Shown one piece after another: positions 1-11,351 of a stretch of DNA of 64,000 bases. Below the pieces are notes generated by a model. It was not told where the DNA came from, searched no databases, and worked only from the letters and a program-made list of their open reading frames with translations. Source of the stretch: Raillietiella orientalis (taxonomy: Eukaryota); NCBI GenBank assembly GCA_036172245.1, contig JAYWIR010000108.1, positions 1 through 64,000 on the forward strand, given 5' to 3'. The translations under genes and the position numbers were made by a program. Each line of letters begins with the position of its first letter. Positions within the stretch are counted from its first letter, which is position 1.

Positions 1-1564
1 GGCCCTCGAAAAATCCCGGGGGCGGGCGGTTAAAGGGAAATGCTCGCAGAACACCCGGACGGAGGCCTTAAAAAATACCCAATTCGTAAGACTCTTGAGC
101 GTAACGCCTTTCAGGAATTCATGAAGGTGTTCCTATGCTGCTGAGAGTCGCGTTCAGTTCCCCGGCACACGACACTCCCTGGATGGAGGTCTGTTGTTGC
201 GAAACCGCATCACGAAATTCACCCGGGAATGGTCCGACAGCGTCGATGCGATCTTCCCCCGTTTGCCGGCCCGTGAACACAAGTAAGCGTCCAGGAAGAC
301 GTGGACGATGCTGCAGACCATTCTTTCACCTGCGAACAGGTTCAGCACACGCATGGCGCCGCAAAACTCGTTCATCGCGTTCTCTTGTGTTTCATGTTCA
401 CCAGTTCGCAGTCGAAGATTGAGAACTCCGGTTATCAGGTAAGCCTTTCGCACGTTCGTGTTCGCCACACAGTCGCGTTCCAGGGATTCAAGCAGCCTGG
501 TACGGTTGCTATATCCCTTTTGACCGGTATGGGCGTACACATTCGTGACAATCAGATGGATCGAGACGGAGCAGCCGAAAATCAGCTGAGCGACCCGGTC
601 GACGTCATCGAAACGCACGCCTTTCACGGCAGCGTCGATGGCTGGCTTGACGAAGAACGCGACTCCGCAGGTGTTGCGAAGGCCGCATTGCCGTTACATC
701 CTATCCCCCGCGATCGACTTGATCTCCTGGACGTCTGCCGCGAAGATCACGTGGATCTCCTGCAGCCGGGCACGTTGAGTTCACGCAAAGTGTCGGCTGT
801 ACCTCGCCTGTTACCGTCGTCGCGCACCCCGTTGACATTCCAACAGGCCGCGCGGAACCGACGGCGACTGGCGAGCCCACGTTGTACTCATGGGAAAGTG
901 GCAGTCCGGCGTCCGCCACCTACCAGGGCAAGATGCTAGGTGGAGGAGGAGGGTCAGGTGGTGAAGGCACATAATCCCCCTCCTGCATGGGTAACAGCGC
1001 GCCGAGCGGGTCACCCACAGGTGGGGTCGCGCCTACCTGTTTTCCCTTCTTAATGGAGGCGGGCTGTTCAGGGTCGGCGACTGCAGGGAGGACTTTACCT
1101 ATTTGCTCACCCTCCACCATGGGGTGGCCATTTCGACAACTTCGGAACGTTGGAATTCCTCCTTTGGGGTTCCTACGCTGGCGACGGCTTCCGTCTTCTC
1201 CTCCTTGCTGGAGGAAGGGAAGCACCTCCTGGGCTTCTGGGACTTGCGTTGCGATTTCCTAGGGGTGCCTTTGAGGAGGAGGAGCTACTTCATGCATCTA
1301 GGTCTGACTTACGTAAGGAAGGCTTCTCTGCGGGATCCGGCCTTCGTACGGCCTTGCGCGAGGGGTTCTCCCGCTCGGCCAGCGTCACCGCGAGCTCCTG
1401 TGCCGCCTCTGCGAATGCGACGTCCTCGGCTTCGAAGGGCGCGTCGCGCGGCTCACCCTGTGTGTAAACAGAAGGTTCGCAGTCGCGAGCCTCGGGCGCA
1501 GCGGAAACGGCGAGGGGAGGCTCGTCGCTCCAGGTGGCAGCCTCGGGAACGGTGATGCGTTCGA
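1..1564 (-). mobile_element. Family A L1/Tx1-like element, downstream part (ORF1 C-terminus and APE endonuclease), runs off window
   Basis: Translates to ERITVPE...AFAEAAQELAVTL (ORF1) and RFDD..NVYA..(G)xLN..SDH (degenerate endonuclease). The upstream part continues at ~7291. Confidence 0.85.
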
Positions 1565-2010
1565 TTTTCACCCGTATTTCTCCGGGTCGTTTATTGAAAA
1601 ATAAAATTTATAATGAAATTATGTATGGCTGTGGCAATGCTCCAGTCAGAAGCAAAAAATCACAAGCCTGCCAATTAACCGGTTCCTAGACCGGTATGGT
1701 TCACCAAGGCAGCAGAGGAAAAGGAAAAAACAAAAAACTAAACAAAAAAAACAAAGGGTGGGAGGGAACGGGAAGGGATCACTGATGCTGCTGGGACCGC
1801 ATCATGCCTCTCAGGATGCAGGCAAGCTCTTGTTTGATGTGAACATCCTGGTGGGGCCATCTTGACGCCTTCCTCAGGAATTGGGAGGCGCACTGGATGG
1901 CGTCCTGAACGCTTGGTCCTCCCGTCGCCGTGCTCCATGCGGCTACGATCCCACGAAGGCAGCACAAGGCTGCTATCAAGGACGCTGGCCGAAGAGCGTC
2001 GACAACGATG
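1565..2010 (-). mobile_element. Family D element 3' end (ORF2 C-terminus and 3' UTR)
   Basis: DALRPASLIAALCCLRGIV, TGATCCCTTCCC stop motif, T-rich tract, AATAAA and terminal hairpin ending GGTGAAAA at 1565. Confidence 0.85.
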
Positions 2011-2049
2011 CCAGATTCCAGATTCTGAACACTCCCAGCAAACAACGGT

Positions 2050-5000
2050 TGAGAGCACTCCCAACGACGCTTTCAACGGCGAAGGCTGGCAGACGGTACA
2101 GCCCAGAAAAATGCCCTAGAGTACCGAACGAAGCAAGGGGAAAAAGAAAACGCAGCGCAAAAAACCGTGCCGCGAAAAACTTCGCGCTTGTACGGTAAAA
2201 TTGAAGCGTGTGGAGTCACTCGATGTCGCCACCGGGGGAGCAATCTCCCCCCTCGCGTCCGCCGAAGCGGCGACGGACGATGGCGAACCATCTGGGGGGA
2301 AAGAGGAGGAACTGCGCGCCTCGCTCGACGCGATCGAGGAAGCTGCCTTCCAGCAGGCGGTGGGAGAACTCGAGGCAGAACTGCAATGCCTTGAGAAGAA
2401 CCCTCGGAAAGGCTTACGAAGGCCAGCCGCGAAAAAGGCTCCGGAGGCAGGTGAGGCCGATCCGGACGTCGAAAGTGCGTCCTCTTCAGGGAAGGCGCCA
2501 CCAAAGAAGACGGGACGTAAGTCTCAGAATCCGAGTAGGCGCATCCGGATCAATAAGGAGGCGGATGAATTGGCCCCCGAGGGGGAAGCCGGCAGCGTGG
2601 GAGGCGAGGGTGGGAAGCTCTCATTTCTGGACACCGTGCAGCTGGCGACCACCATGGAGGAGGAATTACAGGTGGGTGAAACCCCCCTTCCTCTGCACGG
2701 CCGTGACGAAGACTCGGCCTCAATGGAGGAGGGAGAAGCGGTGCGCGACGCATCCCCTCCTCCCAGCGTCCCGCTCGACAAGGTAACAGGTGCTTCATTG
2801 CCTCTTTCTTAGGATTAACACCTGGTCTTGCCTATCGTTGTACGATCCGCCTAGCCTGCTGGAACGTCAACGGGCTGCGCGACGACGGTACCAGGCGGGA
2901 TACGGTTGACACCCTGCGCGACTTTGACCTGGCGCTCCTGCAGGAGATCCAAGTGTTCACCGCGGAGAACGCCCAGGAGATCGAGAGGATCGCAGGAGGT
3001 CGTCTGTTTTGGCAATGCAGCGCTCGCAACACCTGTGGCGTCGCCTCCATCATGAAACCAGCAGTCGTCTCCTTCGACAATGACGTACGCTTCGACAACG
3101 ACAGTCGGGTTGACCAGCTCATCCTTAGGTGGTCCGACTCGATCGAGGTTGTCGTTACCAATGTGTACGCTCCGAGCGAAAGATGCGGGTACAAGGATAG
3201 TTCCCGGTTCCTTGAATCCCTGAAGCGCGACTGGCTGACGAATACAAACGTGCGCAAAGTGCATCTGATTAGTGGCGATTTCAACATTTGCCTGGTCTCA
3301 GGTGTGCCATTCGGGAAAAAAGACGCAGTTCACGAGCTGTGCGCTGCTATGCACACGCGCAACTGGTTAAGGGACCTACCGGAAATGGTCCAAAGCGTGG
3401 ACCACGTCTTCCTTGACTCCAACCTGTGCCCACGAGTCGACAGACGAGAGAAACTTTCGTCGACGCTATCGGACCATTTCCGGTTGATATTCAAGGTTAT
3501 GCCTCGCGACAAAGGACCACCATCCAAGGCGTGGCGTCTGCCCGGGGAATTGACGCGCATCTCAGGTGCGGCGAAACATCTCCTCCAAGTACTAGGAGGC
3601 GTGATCCTCCGGAATCTCCAAGACTGGGACCGCATAAAGGCCTCGGTCCGCGAGTTCTGCGAAGAGTTCTCTGTGCACCGCCTTCCCCGGGGATTTAGTG
3701 AGGAAACATGCAACGAAGGAACGTATTTGCACTACCATCGTTTCGCGAGGACCCCTGACATCGGTCGCTTGCCGAGTACAATGCCTGGGCCAAGCGTCAG
3801 GACTGGCAAAACCGGGCCGTCTTGCGTGCTGGACGACCTGGACCAGGAATACTCGGACCCGGCATCGATACGTCGCCTGGTGCGTAGATTTTACTCCTTT
3901 TTACGCCTGGGTACCTGCGGAGTGGGACGTCTTGCGGCGCTTGCTTCCAGATGGAGCCCCGGCCATAGGGCAGGAGGAGAAACAAAGCCTTGACGATCCT
4001 GTTACGGACCGATGAAATCATCACCGCTATTGAAAGGCTCAAGAGGCGTAAGACGCCAGGGGAGGATGGCCTGCCGACGGAGTTCTTTGAGTGCTTTTCT
4101 GCAGAGCTCACCCTCCTGGTGCTCCAATTGACACAACTGATCCGAAACGAAGGCGATGTTCCCGCTTCGTTTCGGTTAGCCAGGGTGAGGCTCCTTCCTA
4201 AAGGAGGAGACCTTAGAAAATTATGCAACTGGCGTCCGATCACGATTGTGAACACGGACGCCAAGCTGCTGGCTTAACTGTGAGCTGCGCGACTGGGGCG
4301 CGTAGCCGACAGCTTCGTCAGCCTGGAACAGACGTACGCTGTCCTCGGGCGAAGCATGAAAGTGAACCTGTTCTTCGCCAGCACATAGTTCCATGTGCAA
4401 CGCGAGAAAAATCTAGAAAAAAAACGGAATGTCGACAAAGATGATTGGAGGGCGCCAGCGAAGCAAGTAAGGAACGACTAAGAAAAGAAGGGGGCTCTAG
4501 CGATCGCAGTCGATCTGCACAAAGCGTTCGATTGCGTGGACCAGAAACTTTTTCAGGAGCTTCTGGATCGCATGAGCTTCCCGGATACCTTAACGGCCTA
4601 CCTGCGCGCCTGCTGGCGCAATGCGAAAATCAACTTGTTTTTTAGAGGACAGCACGTGTTAGGCGTGCCGGTGAGGCGCGGCTTCCGGCAGGGCGACAGC
4701 CTTAGTCCACTGCTCTGTAGCACCTATTTCAAACTGGTGCTCAGAGCATACAGGGTGACATTGGCTGGCCTGCCAAGCTCGTGTCCAGGGACGCCGGCCG
4801 TGTCGGCGTATGTTGACGAACTTTTGCTCCTGCTGCCCATGTCAGCCCCGGCTTCGGCAGTCGAAGATTTCTTCGACTTCCTGAGCCGTAAGACAGGATT
4901 ACGGGTGAGCAGACCCATGTCGTCGCTGGTTGCGGTTGGTGCAAAGTGGGCAGGACGACCTGATTGAATTTGCCTGGGGATCCCCACGGAGAGGTACTGG

Positions 5001-6557
5001 AAGTACCTCGACGTTCAGTTAGGGGACTTCTACCAGTCAAAAGCCTGGTCAGGTCGTCTCCAAAAATTAAAGTCAGCGATCGGCCCGTTCCTGCAAGGCA
5101 AGCTTCACTTGCCGGAACGGGCTGCGGTGTAAAACGCGTTCGCAGCCCCCTCCTTCACTCTCTGCTTTTTGTTTGCCCCGTATTTCGTGAACTGAAAAAA
5201 AGAACAAAGGACCTCGTACGGAACGCCCTGTGGGGCGGCCGGAGGCTTCGTTTGCCTTTAAAGGATTTGAGCTCTCCACGTCGGGACGGAGATCTGAGCG
5301 TCCTCACGATGAAGCGAATGGAAACACAACTGCGGTGGCGTACTCTAGCCATCGCAGCGAAAATGTGGAAAACGTCTTGGTGCGTGCCAGCTTGCTCGTT
5401 CGCCAGACCTGTGTTCGGGACTGAAGGACTCGCGTCTTTTCTTCTGTGCAGCAGCCGTAAAATAAGAAGATGCGGACTTCTCCTGGGACGCATGGCCACC
5501 CTGGCGAAGGAGAACGGGTAAATGGCCTGCAGCCCCGCCAACTCCAGCGCATGGCTAGAAGAAACAGTTGGAACGTGGGCAAAGTTAAAAGACATCAGTA
5601 AAGAATCCTGCAACCGCCTGCGCACAGGCATCTACACCCGCTGTATGCTGCGAAACATGATGGTGTGTCCCGCCAGAAGAACTTTGGCGGAAAAAACTCC
5701 ACTGGCCACGGCGCTGCCCTTCCTACGAAGGGCGCTTCAAAACAGCCGGAAGCCGAGATGGCAAGACTCCTGCCAGATAGCGGGCAAGGAGAAGGATCTA
5801 AGCGGGTGGACAATGAGGAAACTGGCAGACGCCGCAACCTCAAGCGTTCATCCGCATGAAATACGGAGATGGGGTGAGCTGCTTGGCATCCCGGCGGATG
5901 ACCTAGAGTAGCCCCTGTTATTTGGAGACGCATCCACTCTCCTCCTCAAGTGGCAGAAAACGGCGCTGTTGTTGTTGCACTGAGGTCTTCCTTGCAACGC
6001 GCGCCGCCATCCCTCCCCCATCTGTTAGTGGACTGCGCTGCCCTCCGGCCCTTGTGGGAACGTTATGCTACGACCCTCCCTATGCCGGTCGGCAGTAACC
6101 CCAGAGACGCTGTGAGACTCCTCTTCGTGCGAGACGCCCTGCCACCAGACTCAACACTGACAGCGCTCTGTTGCCTCCAATTTATTGTGGCCGCCTGGTG
6201 CGCAGCTAACAGAGGAAGCAGCGACAGGGATTCCATCGTACACGCGGGTCGCTACCTGCGAATCGCGATTGGCTTGTGTCATCTGGGAGCTATGACGAGG
6301 GAACTCGAGGGTTTCCTGGAAAGGATAGTCCCTTCCTCTAGCGGGTTGTGATCCCTTCCCGGCCCTTCAAATAGTTTCTTTTTGTTATTTGATTTATTTT
6401 TTTTTTGTTTTACCCCCTATCCCGTCCGCTGCCGAGGAGGACAAGCTGGCCGCAGAACCGGCTTCCTGGCAGGTCCCATAGAATATTGGCCGTAGCGGGG
6501 CCTAGTACCGTAATGTTAAGTGTTTTTCAATAAACGCCCCTGTGTGACCAAGTGAAG
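2050..6557 (+). mobile_element. Family F (A-related) element, 5'-truncated, inserted antisense in a family D copy
   Basis: ORF1 tail (EGWQTV, RACTVKLKRV); broken ORF2 ~2818-6351 with NVYAP, GDFN, SDH, PGEDGLP, WRPIT, GFRQGDSLSPLL, YVDE; AATAAA at 6529-6534. The left boundary is uncertain. Confidence 0.85.
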
Positions 6558-7290
6558 GCTCCCCAGGTCCACTGTTGTCGACAGGCGTTGCAAGGGAGTC
6601 CCCAGTAATGCAACAGGAATGCCGACTCTTGCCATTTTATGGGGAGGATGGAAGTGTTCATAAGAACAGAAAGCCACTTCAGATGTTCAATCGGAACATC
6701 CAGCAGCGCTCTCCAGCGCAGAAGTCCATTAGGAGGCGTACTCGGGGTCAAGCATCAGTTAGCTGGCCCGTCTTCCACTCTCTCTGCTTCTTGTCCTTCC
6801 CAGAGATTTTTATTGTAATCTCCCACTTCGCCGCAACATCGCTGTCCTGATGTTCCACTAGGGAGTCCAGCGCAGCAGCGAGGAGGGTTCTTCCTGACCA
6901 CGCTCTCTTCTTAGGATCCTCCAGGATCTCACGGAGCGTGCAACTTCTGTAACACCCAAACAGGAACCTTGGTTCCTGTTGGGAAGGATGCATGCCGAAC
7001 TGTATCCACGTGCGAACCGTTTCCTGCAACCAGGCACTACCGTTCGCAGGGAGACAGGTGATCCATAATTGATTTTTCCTTGCCAGCGCAGCCACCCTCC
7101 GTAGCTGAAGCCCACATCGGTTGATCCAGCTTCGATGGAGTGCAAGAAACGACGGAAGTCCCGCCTTGCCGATGGCTTGCTGAAGGAGGAGACGTGCATG
7201 GACGCACCAACGGGTGCACCACAACTCCGGCACAAGTGCCAAAATCCGGAACTAGAGCTGCAGCTCCTGCCGCTCCAATGTTAGGAGGCC
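6558..7290 (-). mobile_element. Family D ORF2 C-terminal fragment, upstream continuation of 1565-2010
   Basis: GLLTLER...LVPELWC...KWQESAFLLHYWGLPCN...WTWGA; joins family A ORF1 at ~7291. Confidence 0.8.
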
Positions 7291-8385
7291 GCTCTTTGTT
7301 CTCCGCGAATGGACCTTTCTTTGCTTTTCTGGCCGCAAGATGTTGTTAGCCCTGTTCCTTTTCCATTACTGCGGAAGGTTTATCTTTTGGGTTTTGCTTC
7401 CGGAGGTTGAGGTGCTCGCAGCTTCTGCCGGCCATCTTCCGCCCTAGGTCTTGCGACCTTCATGTCACGTTTCCCCTGCGCTTCTTTGGCGGCAGGGGAA
7501 ACCGCAGTGGGGCGCTTGCGGCACACAAGCCGAATGTGGCCTTTCTTCCCGCACAGGAGGCACTGTATGTTAAGACACCTCTTACGGAGGTGTCTTACGG
7601 CATCACAGTAGCCGCAATATCATGGTTTTCTTACGTACCAGAGATCCACGCTCTCCAGCGCGACCTTTAGTTTGTGGGGAAGTTCACAATTCTCTTTTGC
7701 GGTGACCCACGCTGCAGCCTGACAACGAAAAATGCTATTGTAGCCGTCGAAAATAATGCATTTGGGCCACAGTGCGTGTACCTTGCCGAACTTTCGGAGT
7801 TCTTCTCCGACCGCAGAGCGAGTCATGCGGCTACTAATGCCGGTCATGTGGACCACCACGGAGAGATCCATTGAAACCGGCAAGATCTTGCGACCGTCAA
7901 CGTTTAGCGGAGCATGGATCAGGCGGTGGGCCAAGGTGATGTCTTTGCACACCATCTCCACCCACTGCTCGCCGCTGAGGACGGAGAGTCCGTCAAGATA
8001 CTTTCCCAGTATGTTCGTTTTTTGCAGTGTGCTGCTAAAGGCGCGTTCAGTCCGGCCTTAAACAAGTTGCCTACCTGGTAGACGAGCGATAACTTGCACT
8101 CGGATGCTTTGTATGCGGCCATCTCCGCCATGGCTTCCGCGCTGGGCGCTGTCACCAAGGCGCTCCATGTCCTCGACGTGGCCAGGGATGACTCCGAGGC
8201 GGATGCCTTTAATGCTGCAGGCTGCAAGGGTGGCCATGCCTTCCTCACGCCTACTTTCATCGCGGTGTCGTCGAGCTTCGTAGCCATCGGAGACCGACGA
8301 TGCACACAGAACAACATACACAAGAAAAAACTCTTTGCTACGACTCTTTTGGAAATGAAGGAAAAACACGTCATTCCCACCTTCC
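7291..8385 (-). mobile_element. Family A element 5' part (5' UTR, ORF1 N-terminus with CCHC knuckles)
   Basis: WSALVTAPSAEAMAEMAAYK, VDLWYV, CGYC..RH....C; TGACGTG motif at 8373-8367. Confidence 0.8.
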
Positions 8386-8584
8386 TTGAGGGGGCTGGCT
8401 GCAAAGAGGCAGCCAGCTCCTTCGCCGCTCGCGCGAAGGCTTTGTCATCGATGGTGAGGTCGATGACGAACGCCGCAGCCGGCTCCCTCCCCTCGCTGTT
8501 GACAGAGTCAACAGAGGGGTTGTCGTTCGTAGCGGCAAGTTCTTTCTTGCAGCAGTCAGGAATACGCTCCACGATAACGCTGCA
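8386..8584 (-). mobile_element. Family D-type ORF1 fragment
   Basis: CSVIVERIPD...DDKAFARAAKELAASLQP, matching the ORF1 at 49394-50572. Confidence 0.75.
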
Positions 8585-11351
8585 CGGACGTGTTCTGTGT
8601 TGCTCCTCGAGCGTGATTTCTTTCCGTCTTCTTGTGTGTGGTGTGCCCCAGTGCGTCACTGGGATGTCCACGGAGCCCCTGCAGGTAAAATGGATGTGTA
8701 GGCTGCTACTGGCAGTGAAGAGTCTACTCCAGATGTCCGGTCCGCCTCTGATTCTTGTGTCTCGCCACCTGCGAGAAGCTTCGCCGCCTTCCTCAAGGAG
8801 GCGGCAGCCAACGGAGCACCGCCCGACAAAGCAAAGCTGCAGGCATATGCAGCCCATGGCTACAATTTTGCGCTCTGCTATCCGCTCAGTGCTGCTATCT
8901 CCGACAAGGTCGGAGAAAATTTATGGAACGACCTTTTGCGCGTCGTGGTCCGACAGGACGACCTCCTGGCAGTCATGCCGGTTAACGCGCTTGGACACTG
9001 GCAGGTGCACTGCAAAGAGGCATTCCTACTCCAGCGCCTTCTCCGCACCCCGCTAAACATACGCGGGAAGAAGGTCGTCCCGACGGCCATGGACCAGTCG
9101 TTCGTGGTCCGATTGTTCGCCGTCCAGGTGGACACGCCCGATCGCGTGCTCGTCGGTGCACTTAGTGCATTCGCCACGGTGCACGCACTGAGGAGAGCAG
9201 ACAATCCGATCAAAAGGATTGCATCTTTCTCCAGCGGACTTGCCATGACGCGTGTCATCATGGCGGATAGGAGGCAAATGCCTCCGCACTTGCAGGTGGG
9301 CGATGCGATCGTCCACCTTAAATTTGCCGGTCAGCGACCGGCTTGCGGCATTTGCGGTGCTGAGGGCCACCGTCCATTGACGTACCCTTCTCGCCACTGC
9401 TGCTATTATAAACAGCTCGGCCACTTCCTTTGAGAGTGCGCTGAGCTCAACAGAAAGCGGCAGGCGTAAAGCCGCCAACAATCTACCCCGTCCGCGCCGA
9501 AAGAATCCCCCGTTGTACCACGGTAGAAATCGGGCGCGAAGGGCAGGACATAATCGAGTGGCGGTCTCGCGCTAAAGGGCGCGGTTGCTTCTGGGAAGCA
9601 ATCATCTTAGACAGCCGCGAAGCCGGGAAAGATGCCACATCGCCCTGGGGGCCAATCGTCCCCTCCGATGCAGCCCAACTGTGCGGGCAGGCACTCAATG
9701 GATGCTGCTGAACCGTCCGCGTGCGCTTGCGCGTCCAGCGGAACACTCGGGAAACCGTGCGAAGCACCCTCGAAGCTGCCTCTGAACGGAAGTCTCCACC
9801 TACGGCGTGGGTGATCACGTCTTCCACGCCGAAGGCACGAGCAACGAAGGCTGCAATAGGGCCTCGCGGGACGACGGCAATGACCGCCGTTTCGCCCGCA
9901 GCGGCTAAGGAGCAGGTGCAGTGCGTAATGGGGACAGAGCCGTCTCCCGTCGCAAGCTCGAAACCTGAGCCGGCATCGCAGGCCAAGCAATTGAGGGAGG
10001 CGTAGGCCTTCCAGGAGGACGTCCCCGACGCAGGCTAGACTCGGGTCTCCAGGACGACCACAAAGAGGAAGAAGAAGGTTGACCCTTCAATATTCCTCAT
10101 CCTTCAGGTGGGTGGGAGACAGAAGAGAAGCACGCCAAAGAAGGTGCGAACCAAGGAACGCACTACGGCTGCGTGCTCTATCTCTGTCGCTTCGCACGTG
10201 AGGGCGGCTGCGGAAAACCGTGATGCTGGCTGCGAGACTGGCAAAACGCCAGTCTCGCGCCAGGCACTCGGATTCCGAGGTGGAGTCCGAGTGCAAACAA
10301 ACGGAGCGCGCATCCCGGGGTAAGCCGGTAGCGCGGCGGGCTAAAGTGCAAAAGCACGAGCCTGTTGCCGGAGGCGGTTCCGGCTCCTGCACGAAGACCA
10401 AGGCGAAGATCCTTGGCTCCCAGGACTCAGCTAAGCGCGATGTGGCGGCGAACGGGAGCGATTCCGCTTCCCAATCCGCTCTTCTACCAGCTGATTCCTC
10501 GCCGGACGGAGCGAGGAGCACGCCGTCATGTCCGCAGCAGTAATGCGTGGACTCGCGTCCGCTCGTCGCGTCAGCGTGGCCTGTTGCAATGTCAACGGGC
10601 TGCGTGATGCTGACGAAAGGCGGACGGTAGCCAACGCTTTGCGTGCGTTCGATCTGGTGCTGCTGCAGGAGGTACATACCATATCCGAACGGCAGGCATC
10701 GGATCTGGAAGAGCGCGCGGGCGGGACGCTACACTGGCGGCAATGCTCCGCGCACACGTGCGGAGTCGCGTTCTTCGTCGGAAGCAGGGTGACGGAGGCG
10801 GTGCGGAACGTTTGTTTTGACGAGGAAGGTCTTGTGGGCAAACTAATCCGCAAGTGGTCCGAATCGATCGACCTGGTCGTTACGAACATCTACGCGCCGA
10901 GCGGCTACCGGCATTACGCCCAGCGACTCGCATTCCTGGGTGGCCTGCGAAGCCGCTGGCTAGCTGACTCCGGCCCTAACGTGGCGCACCTCCTTGCAGG
11001 AGACTTCAACGTCCACCTGCTAACAGAGGAGAGATGCCGCTTGAGGGAGAAGCAACTGGTGAGCGAGGTATGCGCGTGCGTGCGCGTGCAAAACTTGCTT
11101 GCTGGTGAGCCCGGGATGGAGAGATCGCCGGACTATGCGTTCCTCGATGAACACCTGCTTTCACGAGTAGGTCGGAGATGGCGCCTGCTGTCCGCGATTT
11201 CAGATCATGCGAGACTGCATTCCGAGCTCCTCCCGCTTGACAAAGGGCCTCCGATGAATGTCTGGAGGTTGCCGGCCGACTGGCTTGGCAATTCGTAGGC
11301 GGTGGAGCATCTTCGCCAACACCTCCGCTGCTTCGCCATCCGTGAACTTGA
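8585..11351 (+). mobile_element. Family E element, 5' part (degenerate ORF1 and APE endonuclease)
   Basis: GGACGTG at 8586; CGICGAEGH knuckle; TAATG stop/start overlap at 10541-10545; CNVNG, LQE, NIYAP, GDFN, SDH. Confidence 0.85.

Noticed and set aside
1551..1575. GCGTTCGA junction as an independent family D targeting event
   Set aside because: This D copy shares lesions with the copy at 50845, and homologous ORF1s read (C)G.TCCAG here. The junction may derive from a pre-existing KAFD junction by microhomology recombination, and no TSD was found.
2011..2080. Short stretch with a CCAGATT duplication and an LRALPTTL-like translation
   Set aside because: Too short to assign; treated as junction filler.
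7919..8857. 312-aa ORF as a novel gene
   Set aside because: It is a chance read-through across three element fragments.
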